NCBI GenBank assembly: GCA_019828565.1
Contig: JAHDYR010000004.1
Coordinates: 1-64,000 of the forward strand
Origin: Carpediemonas membranifera BICM
Lineage: Eukaryota; Protista; Fornicata
Direction of reading: 5' to 3'
DNA length: 64,000 nucleotides
The translations under genes and the position numbers were made by a program. The notes under the pieces are model-generated. The model saw nothing but the letters and a program-made list of their open reading frames with translations, was not told the DNA's origin and searched no databases. Shown piece by piece: positions 47,111-60,000 of this stretch. Numbering within the stretch: position 1 is the first letter of the stretch; every line of letters starts with the position of its first letter.

Positions 47111-47749
47111 TGCTTCGGAAAAAAACCTGTAGAATCTCCGGTGGTAGCGTGCGGTGCAGTGGCATCAGGCCCTGGCTTTGATTGATCATTTGATTGGTTG
47201 GTGCATGCTGAGTATGCGTATCTCAAGCTGGGGACGACATCAGCTTCCAAATATCCGATCGTAGCACTGGTAATCTCATAGACTTGCCGATCCCGGCCCC
47301 CCGCCCCGCCGGCCATTCTTTGCCTGGCCAGGACGTCCGTAACAACCGGGGACCTCGGCAGCGTCTCACCCCCGAGGAGATCGAGAACCTTGCTCTCCAC
47401 GGCCAGCTTAGTGCGGAGGAAATACTAGACCTCATCTTTGTGGGCCGAGGTGGGCTCCCCCCCGGGATGACGGACGCCTTGATCGACTCGTTCGACCCTG
47501 ACCCTGCCGCTTCGTTTTCCGCACTGCAGCGAGAGCAGCAGCAGAGCAGGCGGTTCCGTAACATGGTCGCGGCGCATGAGTCTGGCAGTCCGACGGCGGA
47601 CGGAGGCGGGTCGCCTAAGGCTGCTGGGTCCTCATAATGTCAATGAGAATGGGGAGGACCAAGGCGCTGGGACAGTCTTATCTTGTCTAGTGCCACAACT
47701 AGACACCAAGCAGGAAACGTTTAAATGCTCGATTTATAACACTCCCAGG

Positions 47750-48936
47750 TTAACGCTGGGTGTGTTTCATGCGGCCGTAGGCGTCGGCGGCCTTGAGTGC
47801 GGCAAATACAGTCTCTGCAGAGACGTGGAAGGGCAGGTTGACGGCGGTGTCGTGGGGTGCAGCGGCGACAGCGGCGACCTTCATGAGGGCCTCGTCAGAG
47901 GCATTAGTCAGACCGATGTCACTGAGAGCAATGGGGAGGCCGACGGAGAGGCAGTAGTTGGCCACAGTCTCGATCTCCTCCATGGGGGCGTTCTCCATGA
48001 AAAGCTGCGTCATCACTCCGAAGGCGACCTTCTCGCCGTGGAGGTAGGCGTGGGACTCCTCGAGGACAGTCAGGCCATTGTGGACGGCGTGAGCGGCAGC
48101 CAGCCCACCCGACTCGAAGCCGAGCCCGGAGAGGAGGGTGGCAGCCTCCACAACGTTCTCGAGAGCAACGGAGGGGACCCCAGCCTCGTTGGAGAGCTTG
48201 GCCTTGACCGAGTCGGCGAGCAAAGTGTCATAGCAGAGCCGAGCGAGGGCAATGCCGGTCACGCCAGCGATCCCGCCGGCTGCAGTCTGGCAGTCCTTCT
48301 GCTTGGAGGCGCGCGCTTCAATGTAGGTGGCCAGGGCATCGCCAATGCCGGCGACAAGGGTGCGGACGGGGGCCTTGGCGATGATATCAGTATCGACGAG
48401 CACGAGCCTGGGGGAGTCCGTGAAGAGGAAGCTCTCGACGACGCCCTCCTCGGTGTAGATCACGGAGACGGCAGTGCAGGGAGCATCGTTCGAGCATGCA
48501 GTGGGGACGATGACGCAGGGCTGCTTGGTGTGGAAGGCAGCGGCCTTGGCGAGGTCGTGCAGCTTGCCGCCACCGACGGAACAGACGACGTTGTAGCCGC
48601 CAGTTCTGATCAGATCGGTTAGGCGATTGATCTCAGTCTGGCTGCACTCGCCGTTGAAGACGTGGAGAGTGGGCTTGTTGTCGTCGAAGGAAGACATCAG
48701 TGTTTTCTCCAGGCGCTTCTTGCCACCAGCTGAAATGGCGATGATAAGCTTATCACCGATCTTGTCGGTGTACTCCTTGAGCTTCTCTAGACAGTGGGGG
48801 CCTTTGTTAGATGATGATTCTGTTCATCACTTGCCGTTAACGGCAATGATCGCCTTTAAAGGACAAAAGCGATGAAATCTGTGTACAAACCCTGAACGTA
48901 GCGGGCTGGGGACATGAAGACGCGGTTAAGAGACAT
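47750..48936 (-). CDS. gldA: Glycerol dehydrogenase (GldA-type iron-containing alcohol dehydrogenase family) with an 89-nt intron at 48802-48890
   Basis: Spliced N-terminus MSLNRVFMSPARYVQ|GPHCLEKL; motifs FNGECS, GGGKLHDLAKA, PTACSNDAPCTAVSVIYT, AGIGDALATYIEA, LSGLGFESGGLAAAHAVHNGLT, HGEKVAFG. Confidence 0.93.
48802..48890 (-). other. 89-nt spliceosomal intron (GTTTGT...CTAACAAAG)
   Basis: Removal restores the conserved SPxxYVQG N-terminus in frame; branch-point-like CTAAC lies 2 nt before the AG. Confidence 0.85.
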
Positions 48937-49554
48937 TTGATGTTCTTTTGACCAGTGATATCCGAGTGCGTCCTCGAGTGCCTGACATCGCGATTTGATA
49001 TCTGAATGATTCGCCATCAAATCAAACAAATGAAGAAACCTGAAGTATGAAGCTGGGTTGACCCATTTTCCCTGCTTTTCATGAAATATGGTCACATTGG
49101 TCATGGAGTCGTCTCCCGTGCTGTCCAAGATTAGGCAATTCAAAAGAATTACCACGAGATGCCACCACAACCGTATCGCGTGCAAGATGTACCGAGTATG
49201 CAGCGAGTCTTTTGATTTCACGCCACTGGATGTGTTGGTCAACATCATTGCCCCTGCCTTACCGCATGATAGAAGATTGGTTCGTCCAAACGGACGCCAT
49301 GCTATAACTCAATGCTGGCTGAGAGGAATCTGATCCAACGTGATGCTCTCGTCAAGTCGAGTCAACCCGTTGCTCGGTCACAGACCGCAAGCTGCATATG
49401 GATGTTCACAGCGGTGGAATGACAATGTACTCATGGGAAAGTGATGGGAATCTTGAATGGGCTGCAAATGCGAGCGACGGAGGTCCGGCCCGGGCCTGTG
49501 ACGGAGGAGGACTGGCGATGGGTCGGGGCGGGTGAAAATGCTGAGCCAATCTCT

Positions 49555-52500
49555 TTACATATACATGTCGTTCAGCGTGCGCAGGCCCGGGGCGCTGGGC
49601 GCGTTCGTGCGGTATGTCGCGGTGACCGTGCCCATCGCGGCGAGCGCGGCTGCTCTCTCGTCTTCGGACAGCGTCATCATGCCGGGGGCGCTGGCGTTCG
49701 CGAAGGTGTCGACCTCGTGGTTGCGCACGGCGCTCTCCGTGTACATCTCGGTCGCGACGCTGTCGGGCAGCGCGGTGACGACCTCCGCGAAGGTGGGGCG
49801 GTCGCGCGGGTCGGGCGCCACGCAGCGGCGGATCAGCTCGCCCACGGCCGCCGGCGTGCCCGCGGGGATCATCGGCCGGTAGCCAGCCCGCACGTGCGCG
49901 CGGATGGCGTCGAGCCCGAGGCGCTCCTGGCGGTACGGGATGTCGCGCGCGGCGATCTCCCAGAGCGTGATGCCGAAGGCGTAGACGTCGGCCTTCTCGC
50001 CGCCCACGCCGTCGAAGCGCTCGGGCGCCATCCACGGCCACGAGCCCTCGACGTCCGCCACGCGCTGGTCGAGCCGCGCGGTCAGCCCGAAGTCGCTGAT
50101 CTTGGCGCTGCCCTTCGCGACGAGGACGTTGAGCGACTTGAGGTCCCTGTGCTCGTAGCCCTCGCCCGCGATGAACGCCATGGCCGCCGCGATGTCGCGC
50201 GCGAACTTCAGCCGCGCGTCCCAGGGCAGGTCGGCCTTCGAGAGCAGCAGCGCCGAGAGCGACCCCGACGCGAGCTCGAGCGCGAGCCGGATCTCCCGGT
50301 CGTCCTGCTCGAGCGCGTAGAGCGCGACGACGTTGCTGTGGCGCAGCTGCTTGTGGACGAAGATCTCGCTCTGGAGTCGGTCGGCCTGCATCGCGTTCAG
50401 GTCGGCCTGCGCGACGACCTTGACGGCGCAGTCGGTGCCGCCGTACGTGCCGCGGAAGACGGCCGCCATGCCGCCCTCGCCGATGCGGTCGGCCTGGCTG
50501 AACGCGATGCTGCCCGCCGGCTTCGTGATGTCCGCGTTGAGGTCGGGCTGCACGAGCGGCTCGGGCGTCTGGTCCTGGATCAGGAGATACTGCAGGTTGC
50601 TGCCCTTCTTGACTGTCTGCGCAGCCGTCTTGCCCTTGTACGTCGCGGCCCGGTCGGCGCCGTGCTTCAGCAGCAGGCTGACGATGTCGAAGTTGCCCGC
50701 CTTGACGGCAGCGAAGAGCCGCGGCATCTTGCCGTCCACGCCGTTCGCGGACACGCCCGCCGCGAGCAGCCGCTTCACGGCAGCGGTGTCGCCCTGCATG
50801 ATGGCGTCGCTGAGCTGCTTCGTCAGGGCGTCGTTGATGGCGGCCCGGATCACGCCGGCCATGAGCGGGTCGGCCACGCCCTTTACGACCTGCAGCGCGT
50901 TGACGCCGACCGGCGGGAGGAGGGGGTCGGCGCCGCGGGCGAGCAGCTTCGTCGCGGAGTCCCAGTGGCCGCCCTGGATGGCGACCACGAGCGCAGTCGT
51001 GTTCCGGCTGACGGTGTCGATGTCAACCCTCGCGGCCAGCATCGCGGCCAGCATCGGCGGCTTGGCGACGGCGGCCAGCAGTGGGTGGCCGTCCGGGAAG
51101 GCGTCGTCGAGCAGGCAGCCGGCCTTGAGCAGCGCCGCGAAGGCCTGCGGCTGGTCGTGCACGAACGCGCTGTGCAGCGGCGACCGGCGCTCGCGGTCGA
51201 GGCAGTTGAGGACGACGGGGCCGAACTTGACACTCCGGAGCAGCGTCTTCGAGCGCATCTTGGCGACGTCGCCGCTGATGATGTGCGCGTGGAGCTCGTC
51301 GCTCCTCTCCAGCGCCTCCTTGACGCGGCCCCTGAGCGCGGGCATCGGGTCCTTGGCGAGCGCCTGCACGGGCTGGAGGCGGGCGAGGTCGGTCCTCAGC
51401 GCGAGCACTCGCGCCTCGTGCTGCTCCGCGTGCGGGCCGGCGGCGGCCAGCAGGCGCTTGGCGTCGCTCAGATCCGCGGCCACGTACAGCGCTTCGTCAA
51501 CGGCGTCGAGAGCACGTGTTTCAGCCAACAGTGTCAGTAACATAGGGTGGCGGTTGAGTAGCTCGAGAAGGGCTTCAACATCGGCGGCTTGGCTCGACGT
51601 GAATCCGGTAGGACCAAGAGAGACGGTGCATTCGGGGTGGGCCAGCCTCATCTCAAAAGAGCGGGGCAGGCCCGTGGCGAGGATGTGGATGGCGACCCGC
51701 GCCAGGTCGGCGAGGTAGAGGGGCGAGTCGTCGGACGGCAGGCGGATGTCGGCGCCGAGCGTGGATTGGGCGCAGACCTCCTCGATCTCTGGCGACTTGA
51801 TGGAGGGCCACTGTTTGGCGGTCTTGTCCTTTGACCCAGAGAGCAGGGTCGACCCGTCTGGGGAGAAGACGACGCTCCACACCTTATCGGCATGACCCCT
51901 GAGCGTCTCGAAGCACTCGCCGCTGCCGATGCTCCAGAGCTTGGTGTTGTCACCAGACCCAGAGGCGAGGGTCCTGCCGTCGGGCGAGAAGGCGACACTG
52001 CGGACAGAACTCGCGTGCCCCATGAGGACGGCGACGCACTCCCAGGTCCTGGTGTCCCAGAGTCTGATGGTGTTGTCGCAAGACCCAGAGGCCAGCAGAG
52101 CGCCGTCCGGGGAGATGGCGACGGCGGCGACAGAATTCGTGTGGCCCTCCAGAGTCTGCTCGAGTCTGCCCGACTCAGCGTCCCACACCTTGATTGTCTT
52201 GTCCCTTGATCCAGAGACGATGGTCTTGCCGTCGGGGGAGATGGCGACGGAGAGCACCCAATCTGAGTGCCCTTCCAACGTCCTGCACTCGCCGGTGGCG
52301 ACGTCCCACGACCTGACTGTCTTGTCATCGGATCCGGACACCAGCGTCTTGCCGTCTCGGGAGAAGGCGAGGCTGTTCACAATATCGGTGTGTCCCTCGA
52401 GCGTCTTGACGAGTCTGCCGCGCCTCCACAGCTTGATCTTGCGGTCAGTCCCGCCCGAGGCGATGGTCGACCCGTCCGGGGAGACGGCGATGCACCGAAC

Positions 52501-53097
52501 AGCCCCGCCATGCTCCATCGTCATCTTGCACACGCCGCGCTTGTCCCACAGCTTGGTCGTCCCATCTGATGACCCGGTGACCATGGTGCCGTCAGGGAGG
52601 AAGGCGACGCTGATCACGTCAGCGGTGTGACTCTTCATCGTCTGGATGCACTCAGCCATCCTCGCATGCCAGGCAGCGAGCAGATCGTCGATGGCGCTGT
52701 CGGGCTTGTCGGCGGCCAGCTTGCCATACCTCATCGTGACAGTGAGGTCGGGCTCAGTCAGCCTCATGCTGAACTCTCTGGGCAGCACGTCCAATGTCGA
52801 GAGGTGGTCGAGGACGCGGGTGAGGTCTGTAGCGGTGAGGGGCGAGGATCCGATGGGCTTGAGGTGGAGCTTGCTATCTGGGGCGAAGATGCGCGTCGTG
52901 GCGTCTCTGATCATGTGATCTACTGCTCTGCACTCGCTGCTGCGTGAGATTCTCGGGGAGGACGCACCATTGCTCGGATACACTGCGTAAGCGCTCTTGA
53001 ACTCGCCGCGGGCTGCATCTCTGCACCGAAGCGGGGAACGTACCAGCTGCGTAAGTGGGAGGCGTGGAACGAACTTTCTGCATCGTCGCTGATTCAT
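49555..53097 (-). CDS. WD40-array gene E (intact): leader + 1 WD40 propeller + connector + ankyrin repeats + TKL-type kinase
   Basis: Uninterrupted 1229-codon ORF (open to 53244), paralogous to gene C. Confidence 0.93.
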   Translation of the reverse strand: MNQRRCRKFVPRLPLTQLVRSPLRCRDAARGEFKSAYAVYPSNGASSPRISRSSECRAVDHMIRDATTRIFAPDSKLHLKPIGSSPLTATDLTRVLDHLSTLDVLPREFSMRLTEPDLTVTMRYGKLAADKPDSAIDDLLAAWHARMAECIQTMKSHTADVISVAFLPDGTMVTGSSDGTTKLWDKRGVCKMTMEHGGAVRCIAVSPDGSTIASGGTDRKIKLWRRGRLVKTLEGHTDIVNSLAFSRDGKTLVSGSDDKTVRSWDVATGECRTLEGHSDWVLSVAISPDGKTIVSGSRDKTIKVWDAESGRLEQTLEGHTNSVAAVAISPDGALLASGSCDNTIRLWDTRTWECVAVLMGHASSVRSVAFSPDGRTLASGSGDNTKLWSIGSGECFETLRGHADKVWSVVFSPDGSTLLSGSKDKTAKQWPSIKSPEIEEVCAQSTLGADIRLPSDDSPLYLADLARVAIHILATGLPRSFEMRLAHPECTVSLGPTGFTSSQAADVEALLELLNRHPMLLTLLAETRALDAVDEALYVAADLSDAKRLLAAAGPHAEQHEARVLALRTDLARLQPVQALAKDPMPALRGRVKEALERSDELHAHIISGDVAKMRSKTLLRSVKFGPVVLNCLDRERRSPLHSAFVHDQPQAFAALLKAGCLLDDAFPDGHPLLAAVAKPPMLAAMLAARVDIDTVSRNTTALVVAIQGGHWDSATKLLARGADPLLPPVGVNALQVVKGVADPLMAGVIRAAINDALTKQLSDAIMQGDTAAVKRLLAAGVSANGVDGKMPRLFAAVKAGNFDIVSLLLKHGADRAATYKGKTAAQTVKKGSNLQYLLIQDQTPEPLVQPDLNADITKPAGSIAFSQADRIGEGGMAAVFRGTYGGTDCAVKVVAQADLNAMQADRLQSEIFVHKQLRHSNVVALYALEQDDREIRLALELASGSLSALLLSKADLPWDARLKFARDIAAAMAFIAGEGYEHRDLKSLNVLVAKGSAKISDFGLTARLDQRVADVEGSWPWMAPERFDGVGGEKADVYAFGITLWEIAARDIPYRQERLGLDAIRAHVRAGYRPMIPAGTPAAVGELIRRCVAPDPRDRPTFAEVVTALPDSVATEMYTESAVRNHEVDTFANASAPGMMTLSEDERAAALAAMGTVTATYRTNAPSAPGLRTLNDMYM

Positions 53098-54006
53098 CTC
53101 GCTGAATTTGGATGGTGTTTGCGACTTTGGGCAGTCCGCCATCGTGACGTCCCAAAAGTTCGTGTTTGTCCAGGTGTCTCTGGTGGCAGCCATCGTCGAG
53201 ATGGCGTGACTTGCCGCCCACTGCGGGGTGATGCCGCCAATCAAATTCGGATGCTGTCGTGTCAGCGATTTATGAATTTACGTATTTATCCAGTTGTGTA
53301 TCAGTATATGTTCAAACCACGCCCAGGCCCCACCGAGGGCGAGGGTTGGGCATGACGCCGGTGTTCATAGGACTCATGGTTTCGAGTTCAATGCTACGAC
53401 CCTTTCGAATCGCATCTCTAAACTTTACTCGAATGCGTGTAAACCACGACTGGCCACGATTCAGCCGTTGAGGGGCGCCGAGGCACTCCGCGCTGACTCC
53501 GCTGGGTGGCGGCGGTGGGAGGGGGTGGGGGAAGGTGTGGGGGGTGGATGACCGACGGTGCCAGGCGGAGCAGGTGGTTGATATAGACACGGATAAATTC
53601 GTAAACTTGTGTAAACAACTGGCTCAGGCCGACAGCTCGACTGGGAGGAGCTCCAGTGGGCTGAACAATCCCAGCTTGACATTCCACTTGTCGTACACCA
53701 GAAGGGTAGCGGACATGAGGGCGTCGGCGATGGTAAGGGCGATCTTGCGGGCAGAGATGTGGAATCTGGCTGCGGACGCGTCAAGGTAGGCCTTTTATGT
53801 CCATTCAGCATATATACAGAGATCGACAGCGTTGGCTCACATGCATCGCTGACCTCGAGACACCCTGACTAACCTTGTGGGGACATGGGAGCGGTGATGG
53901 CCCGACCCACCCGAGAAGCCAGTCTGCCCACGGCTACGGCGAATGCCCAGGCCGTCCAGCATGCTGCCTTTGGTTCGTTGACTCAGCCACTTCCCAACAC
54001 ATTCCC

Positions 54007-57000
54007 ATGACAAACGTTCCAGGCGATTCTGTCGAGCTGCTGGAACGATGGATTCTCTCTCGAGCAACACTTGATCGAGAGAATGACGCTCAACTCGCGA
54101 AAGTGCTCGAAACAGTCCCATCAAATGGACCGATGCACGCCTTCATCAGAATCCTGACCGAGCAACTGAAATCAGGCTCTAAAACCCAGTCCAGCAAGGA
54201 GAAGCAGTTGATGAAGGACGCTGTGGCGAACTTCGGCCGTGATAATCCTCTCATCGTCATTCTCTCGCGGCGAAGACTGCTCCTCTCCTACGACTCTGGC
54301 TCCCACGAGGACCAGGACGCGCTGCTTGCCCAGCTCACCAGCGACCTCCAGCTTGAGACACGAATGGCCGCCTTCAAGGAGCCCCTTGCCGCGAGGTCGG
54401 ACGCCCTCCCCTCTGCCGCCACAGCGCCAGCGCCCCTCGCAGCCTTCGAGGAGGAGCTGAAGAATGACCCAGAGAACTGCGTCATATCCGATCTCGCGGC
54501 CCACTGGGTCTTGTCCGACGTCTCCAGGCTCAAGCTCCTCTCCCGACGCAGAGTTGGCGTGTTGCTTGATTCAGCCCGCGATATAGCAACCGCACCACAT
54601 GTGCTGGACGCTATTGTCTATGCCAAGGGCGACAAGAAGGCTATGGGCGTCTTCAACGTCGAGTCAAGCCTCTCGGTCGAGCAGCTCGAGAATTATGCCC
54701 GGATGTGCCCTGAGGTGACCCACTTCGCCGCATACCACCAGGCCATGTTGGCGTCCATGTCGCCAGACGTTCCTACCGGGGGCGAGGACCCCTTTGCAGA
54801 CGAGATTGAGTCGTATCACAGCGAGATCTGGAGATACACCGAATCTAAGATCCCAGCCCAGCTCCAGGGGGTCAAGCTCGGTCTCCAGCTCGCAGTGCTC
54901 GCCTTCTTTGTCTCCAAGGGCAAGGAGGCCGAACCCGCCGTCCTTGACAAGATCCACTCCCTCCTGACCACCACGGACCTCGCGCTGGACCTCTTTACAC
55001 CTCACCAGAACGCCGGAAACAGCAGGCAGAGTCGCATTGAAGTCGACACCGACAGCGTTAGTCTCCGGCTTCTGCCCCCCTTCAATCTCCGGCCCCTGGT
55101 TGTCACGCTCCTCACTACCGCTGTGGTTCACAGAGGACCTGACCCGTATCGCGCGAAGATTCGGTCCAGTGTGATTGACTCAATCGTTGCCGAGCAGGCC
55201 ATCCTCACCGGGGGCGATGTGACCTCTGCCGCGGAGATTCTGGGCCACGCCAAGGTCCGCGAGATCACCACCAGGGTCGAGCTCGAGGTCAGGCCGATCC
55301 AGAGGTGGAGGCCGGGCGATGACGTCACACTCGAGGTCGATGTCAAGAACGTCCCGGAGCTGACGGCCAGAGTCTTTGAGATCAACGCCAAGGCCTACTA
55401 CGCCTCGAGGAAGACTGAACTCACAGCCGACGTCGGCCTCGAGGGATTCAAGCCGAACTCAACCTCGTCCATCAAGTACTCGAACGCAGCGGCCATCAAG
55501 CATCGCGAGAGGGTCAGCGTCATTCCAAAGGCAGCCAGGGGCAGCTACATCATCGAGCTGGTCGGTGGGGGTCTCTCGTGTCGCGTGCTTGCGGTCATAG
55601 GGCACTACCAGCTCGTCACGGCCCCATCGGTCCACGGCCTGGTTGCCACTGTCATTGACGAGACCGGCAAGGTTGTACCAGACGCCATTGTCACCGTCGG
55701 CGGTCGAGAACTCGAGACCGACTCCGGTGTGACTGTGATCCCCTTCACTACGAGTTCCGGCAGCGCCTCAACTCCAGCGATCGCCCACACGAGGGACGGA
55801 CCCGCCTCTCTGACACACTTGACTCTGCCGGTCGAGTCATATCATCTCTCCGGATCTTTCATTGTCCCCCACGGCGCCCTGCTCCCCGGTCACCGTGCCA
55901 TAGCCCTGCCCTGCGTCTATCTGACCGTCAACGGCGTCCAGCAGGCCTTGGATAAGATCAACCAGCCGACGATCCGCACCGTCTGCATCGACAGCGAGGG
56001 AACAGAGGCCGTCCGCGTGGTCAAGCCCGACTTATCCGACCCTGGCCTGGTCGTCGACCTGGCCGTTCCCCCGAACATGCGCTCCGTCGCCATCACCCTG
56101 GAGGGACGCATCAAGGTCATGTCGACCGGCAAGTGGCAGAATCTGACACTCACCACGAGTTACGACGTCGCCACGAACTCTGGGTCGACTGACGCGGTCC
56201 AGCCCTTCGTCCGAAAGGACAGCAGCCGCGGCTGGGTGGCTGCCCTCAAAGGCCTGAACGGCGAGGCTGTCGTCGGCGAGCGGGTCTCCGTTTTGATCAC
56301 TTCATTTGTCGCCCCCGACTTCCACTGCGAGCTGCAGACAGACGAGCAGGGTGAGATCGCTCTAGGCGATCTAGCCTTGGTTAAGGACGCCACGATCTCA
56401 TTCCCGACCCAGCGTGGGTCAGGCAAGTCTGCATCGCTCACGTTCAACCCGAACCAGCGCCAGTGGATGCCCGAGGGTCTAGTTGTCGCCAAGGAGGGCG
56501 AAGATGTGGCCGTAGCCTTGTCCCATGACTCTCTCGATGAGCTATCGTCTGTATTCCTCGAGAGACTCCGCGAGGGTGTCGTTGTCCGCCGCATCCCCGT
56601 CGCCGTCGAGACCCCCGCCAACACCGTCCTGACTGGCCTGACCGAGGGCTCTTATCGCCTCATGGTCCGCACTCCGACGGCCGTCTACCACCGGGAGGTC
56701 AGAGTTGTCAAGGCAACCGCCACACTCCCTGGTGTGCGGGCCAGCGTGCTTGTTGGCCGCAGCCGTATCGTAGAAGAGACCCAGGATGATCTCGCAATCG
56801 AAATTTCCGCCGCCAGATCAGAAGATTCGATCAAGATTGAGGCTATCACTGCTGGATTCACCGAATCTACCGTGATCCACGTCACGGTCGACCCCATTCT
56901 CCCCCGCTGGCTGCCCGAGACCCTCGTCCACCCCCACATCCCAGCCCCGGCCCAGACTACGCCCGCCTACCCCATGGCCCAGGTCAGGAACGCCATGCCG

Positions 57001-60000
57001 CTGTCGAAGGAGACTCTTTATGTCCTCAACCGGCAGGCTCAGACGGCAAGGCACGGGGTGACTCTACCGCAGCCCGAGCTCCTCGTGGTGGAGAAGGAAG
57101 CAAAGGCCGACGAGCCGTGTGCCGAGCCATGCGAGCGCGGTGGTTACGGCGGCAGGCAGAGGCTGATGTCCCGGGACAGAGCCCCCGTCCCCATGGGAGG
57201 AAGCATGGTCGGCTACGGCCTGAACCATCGTGATTTGAGATCGGCATGCTCAGCCTCCGACGGCGCCCTGCCCGCCTCCTTCATCGACCCCACCGCCGTC
57301 TCCTTCTTCGTGCCCGTCGGCGAGGACGGGTCCGCTTCTATTACCCTGCCCGCTCCTCTCTCGCACGGCTGTGTAACTGCCATAGCGACTGACTCGGGCA
57401 GAGTCGCGACCGCAAGGACTTGGGTCGACTCGTCTCCAATCGCCCATGACACGCGATACACAACGCGATACAGTGCCGACTCCTCCCTTGTCGCCGGTCG
57501 GGACGCATCTCTGCTTGGTCCCGGGTATCTCAGCGAATACACCGTCCAGGACGCAGCGGGAGCCTCCACAGCGACTTACAGCAGTCTGGCCAGGGTCCAC
57601 GCGCTCTTTGGCGCCCTGTCCGGCGACACCCGTCTGGATAAGTTCTCCTTCTTGCCGGAGTGGGATTCAATGTCTGACGCCGCCAAGCTCGCCAAGTACA
57701 GCGAGTTCGCCTGCCACGAGCTGGCTTTCTTCATTTACATGAGGGACAGACCCCTGTTTAACCAGCATATATACCCCTTCCTGTGCTGCAAGCTTGAGCC
57801 GACCTTTGTCGACCTCTTCCTCGTCGGGGCGGACCTCTTCCCCTTCCTCGCCCGTAAGAACACCCTCAACCACTTCGAGCTGATCCTCCTCGCCTGGTGG
57901 TGCAAGGACCATGACCGGCAGGCCAGTGCGGACGCCATCATCGCGCAGGTCAGCCGGACTGGGCCCCAGTCTGTGTCGGCGAGTGACATCAACAGGGCCT
58001 TCAACTATGTGTTCACATCAACTGATGAAGACGAAGAGGAGGAGGAGGAGCCTTGTCCTGAGCCGCAGCCAGAAGCTGACGAGTTCGACCGGGAACTCCA
58101 GCTCGAGGGGGAAAGCTTTGACGACTCTTCGGACAACGATGACGACGCCGACTTCTTTGCTCCCCCGCCCCCGCCACAAGCCATGCCAGCGATGGAAATG
58201 ACCTGTATGCTTGCCCATACCGGCCTGAGCGATATCTCTGATCATCTAGACTCAATGCTCGACCGAGGGGATGAGGAGCTCTGCATGGCTTCAATGCCGA
58301 TGAAGAAGGGCGGGCGCGGCCTTTCCCTACCCAAGATGAAGGCTAGTCGCCGCAACGCCAAGCCTATGGCCAGGGGGCGTGGGGGCAGAGCAATGGGAAG
58401 CCGTTCGTTCGAGAAGATGGTGGAGGAGCATAAGAAAGAGCAGGCGCCGCTGTTCCGCCAGGTCGAGGCGACAAAGGAGTACGCCGAACACAACTTCTAC
58501 CTGACAGACAGCAGTCCCGGCCTCATCGCACCCTCGCTCTTCTGGTCCGACTGGGCCCGCCACATCATCGCCAAGGGGCCAGACGCGCCATTCCTCAGCA
58601 AACACGTCGCCCTCCCTGCCATGTACGGCACGGCCCCCATCAACGCCATGCTCCTCGCCCTCGCCGTCCTGGGCCTGCCGATCGAGCCCGCTGAGACGGT
58701 GGTCACCATGGAGCGGGTCGGGGGTGCGGTGAGGAAGACGGTTGCTGCGACAGGGCCGACCATCCTGTGGAGAAAGGAGGTCAAGGTCACCAAGGCCGAG
58801 CCGACAAGAGACGATTTGATTATCTCATGGCGTATCACAGATCCTGCCGATATTCGCGACGAGAAACCGGCCACAGTCCCTACAGGCGCATCTCTTGTCG
58901 CGGGGCACGTCTACTCCCTCGAGATCGTCGTCACCAACATCGCCCCCAGATCAGCCCACTTCGACCTCCTCTTCCAGCTCCCCAGCGGCACTATTCCTGT
59001 GGCCGACGGGCTGATCTCCAAGACGGAGCACGTGAGCATCGACCAGTATGCCTCGTACACCACCTCGACGGCCTTCTACTTCCCCCTCCCCGGGGAGTTC
59101 GCCGCAGTCCCCCCGCACACCTCCAGGGGCGACGAGCTTCTCGCAAGGGGCGCGACAATGCCGACTTTGACAGTCGTTGACCAGTCAACCGAATCTGCCT
59201 CTTGGGGATTCATCGCGAGCCGCGGATCCCTCGAGGACGTCGTCAAGTTCCTGGGCACCTCAGACCTGCGTGGCGTGGACCTCACAGAGGTGTGCTGGCG
59301 CTGCAACGACGCTGATGCGTTTGATTCAATCATCAGCGCTCTCTCTGCCCGCCGCGTTTACTGCGACGAGCTCTGGATGTACTCAGCGAAGCACAACCGC
59401 GCCCCCGCCCTGCGAGCCTTCCTTGCCCGGTCGCCCCTGGCCTCCCCCGTCAGGCGCGGGGTCGGGGTTGAATTTACTAGCGGGCTTCTCTCAGTTTATG
59501 ATAACTCGCCCGTCGTCTCCATCAAGCCCATCGTGCCCCCCAGAGTCCATGTCGACCCGCAGGCTGCCATACCAGAGAGCATAGCACAGGCATACAGCGC
59601 GCTGCTTGCTAGATTGGTCTACACGCCAAGAATAACGCCCACGGACCTGCTGCATCTAGCTTACTTCCTCATACTCGAAGGGAAGGTCGATCTTGCCGAG
59701 GAGGTCTACGCCAACGCCAGCAAGCAGTGGCGCAAGACACATAGAGACGCGCCTGACCTCACGTTTGAGGGAAAGCCCGCCCCTGTGGCGTTCAAGTGCG
59801 ACGTCAGCGGCGAGATCATCACCGGCAAGCGGTACGCGTCCCTCATCGCCCCCGGCAAAGATGTCGCCAGGTCCCACCGCAAGGAGGGTGCTATCGGCGC
59901 ATCCATGCCCTTGCCGACGATGGAAGGGCTGCCGCACTACCCCTTCATCGAGGTCGAGCCCTACCGCGGGCTGCCCGGCGAGATCCAGTTCGATTATCTC

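Noticed and set aside
47111-47637. Small ORF 47284-47637 after the truncated coiled-coil copy
   Set aside because: Probably the 3' fragment of another gene joined by rearrangement; no start or domain can be supported.
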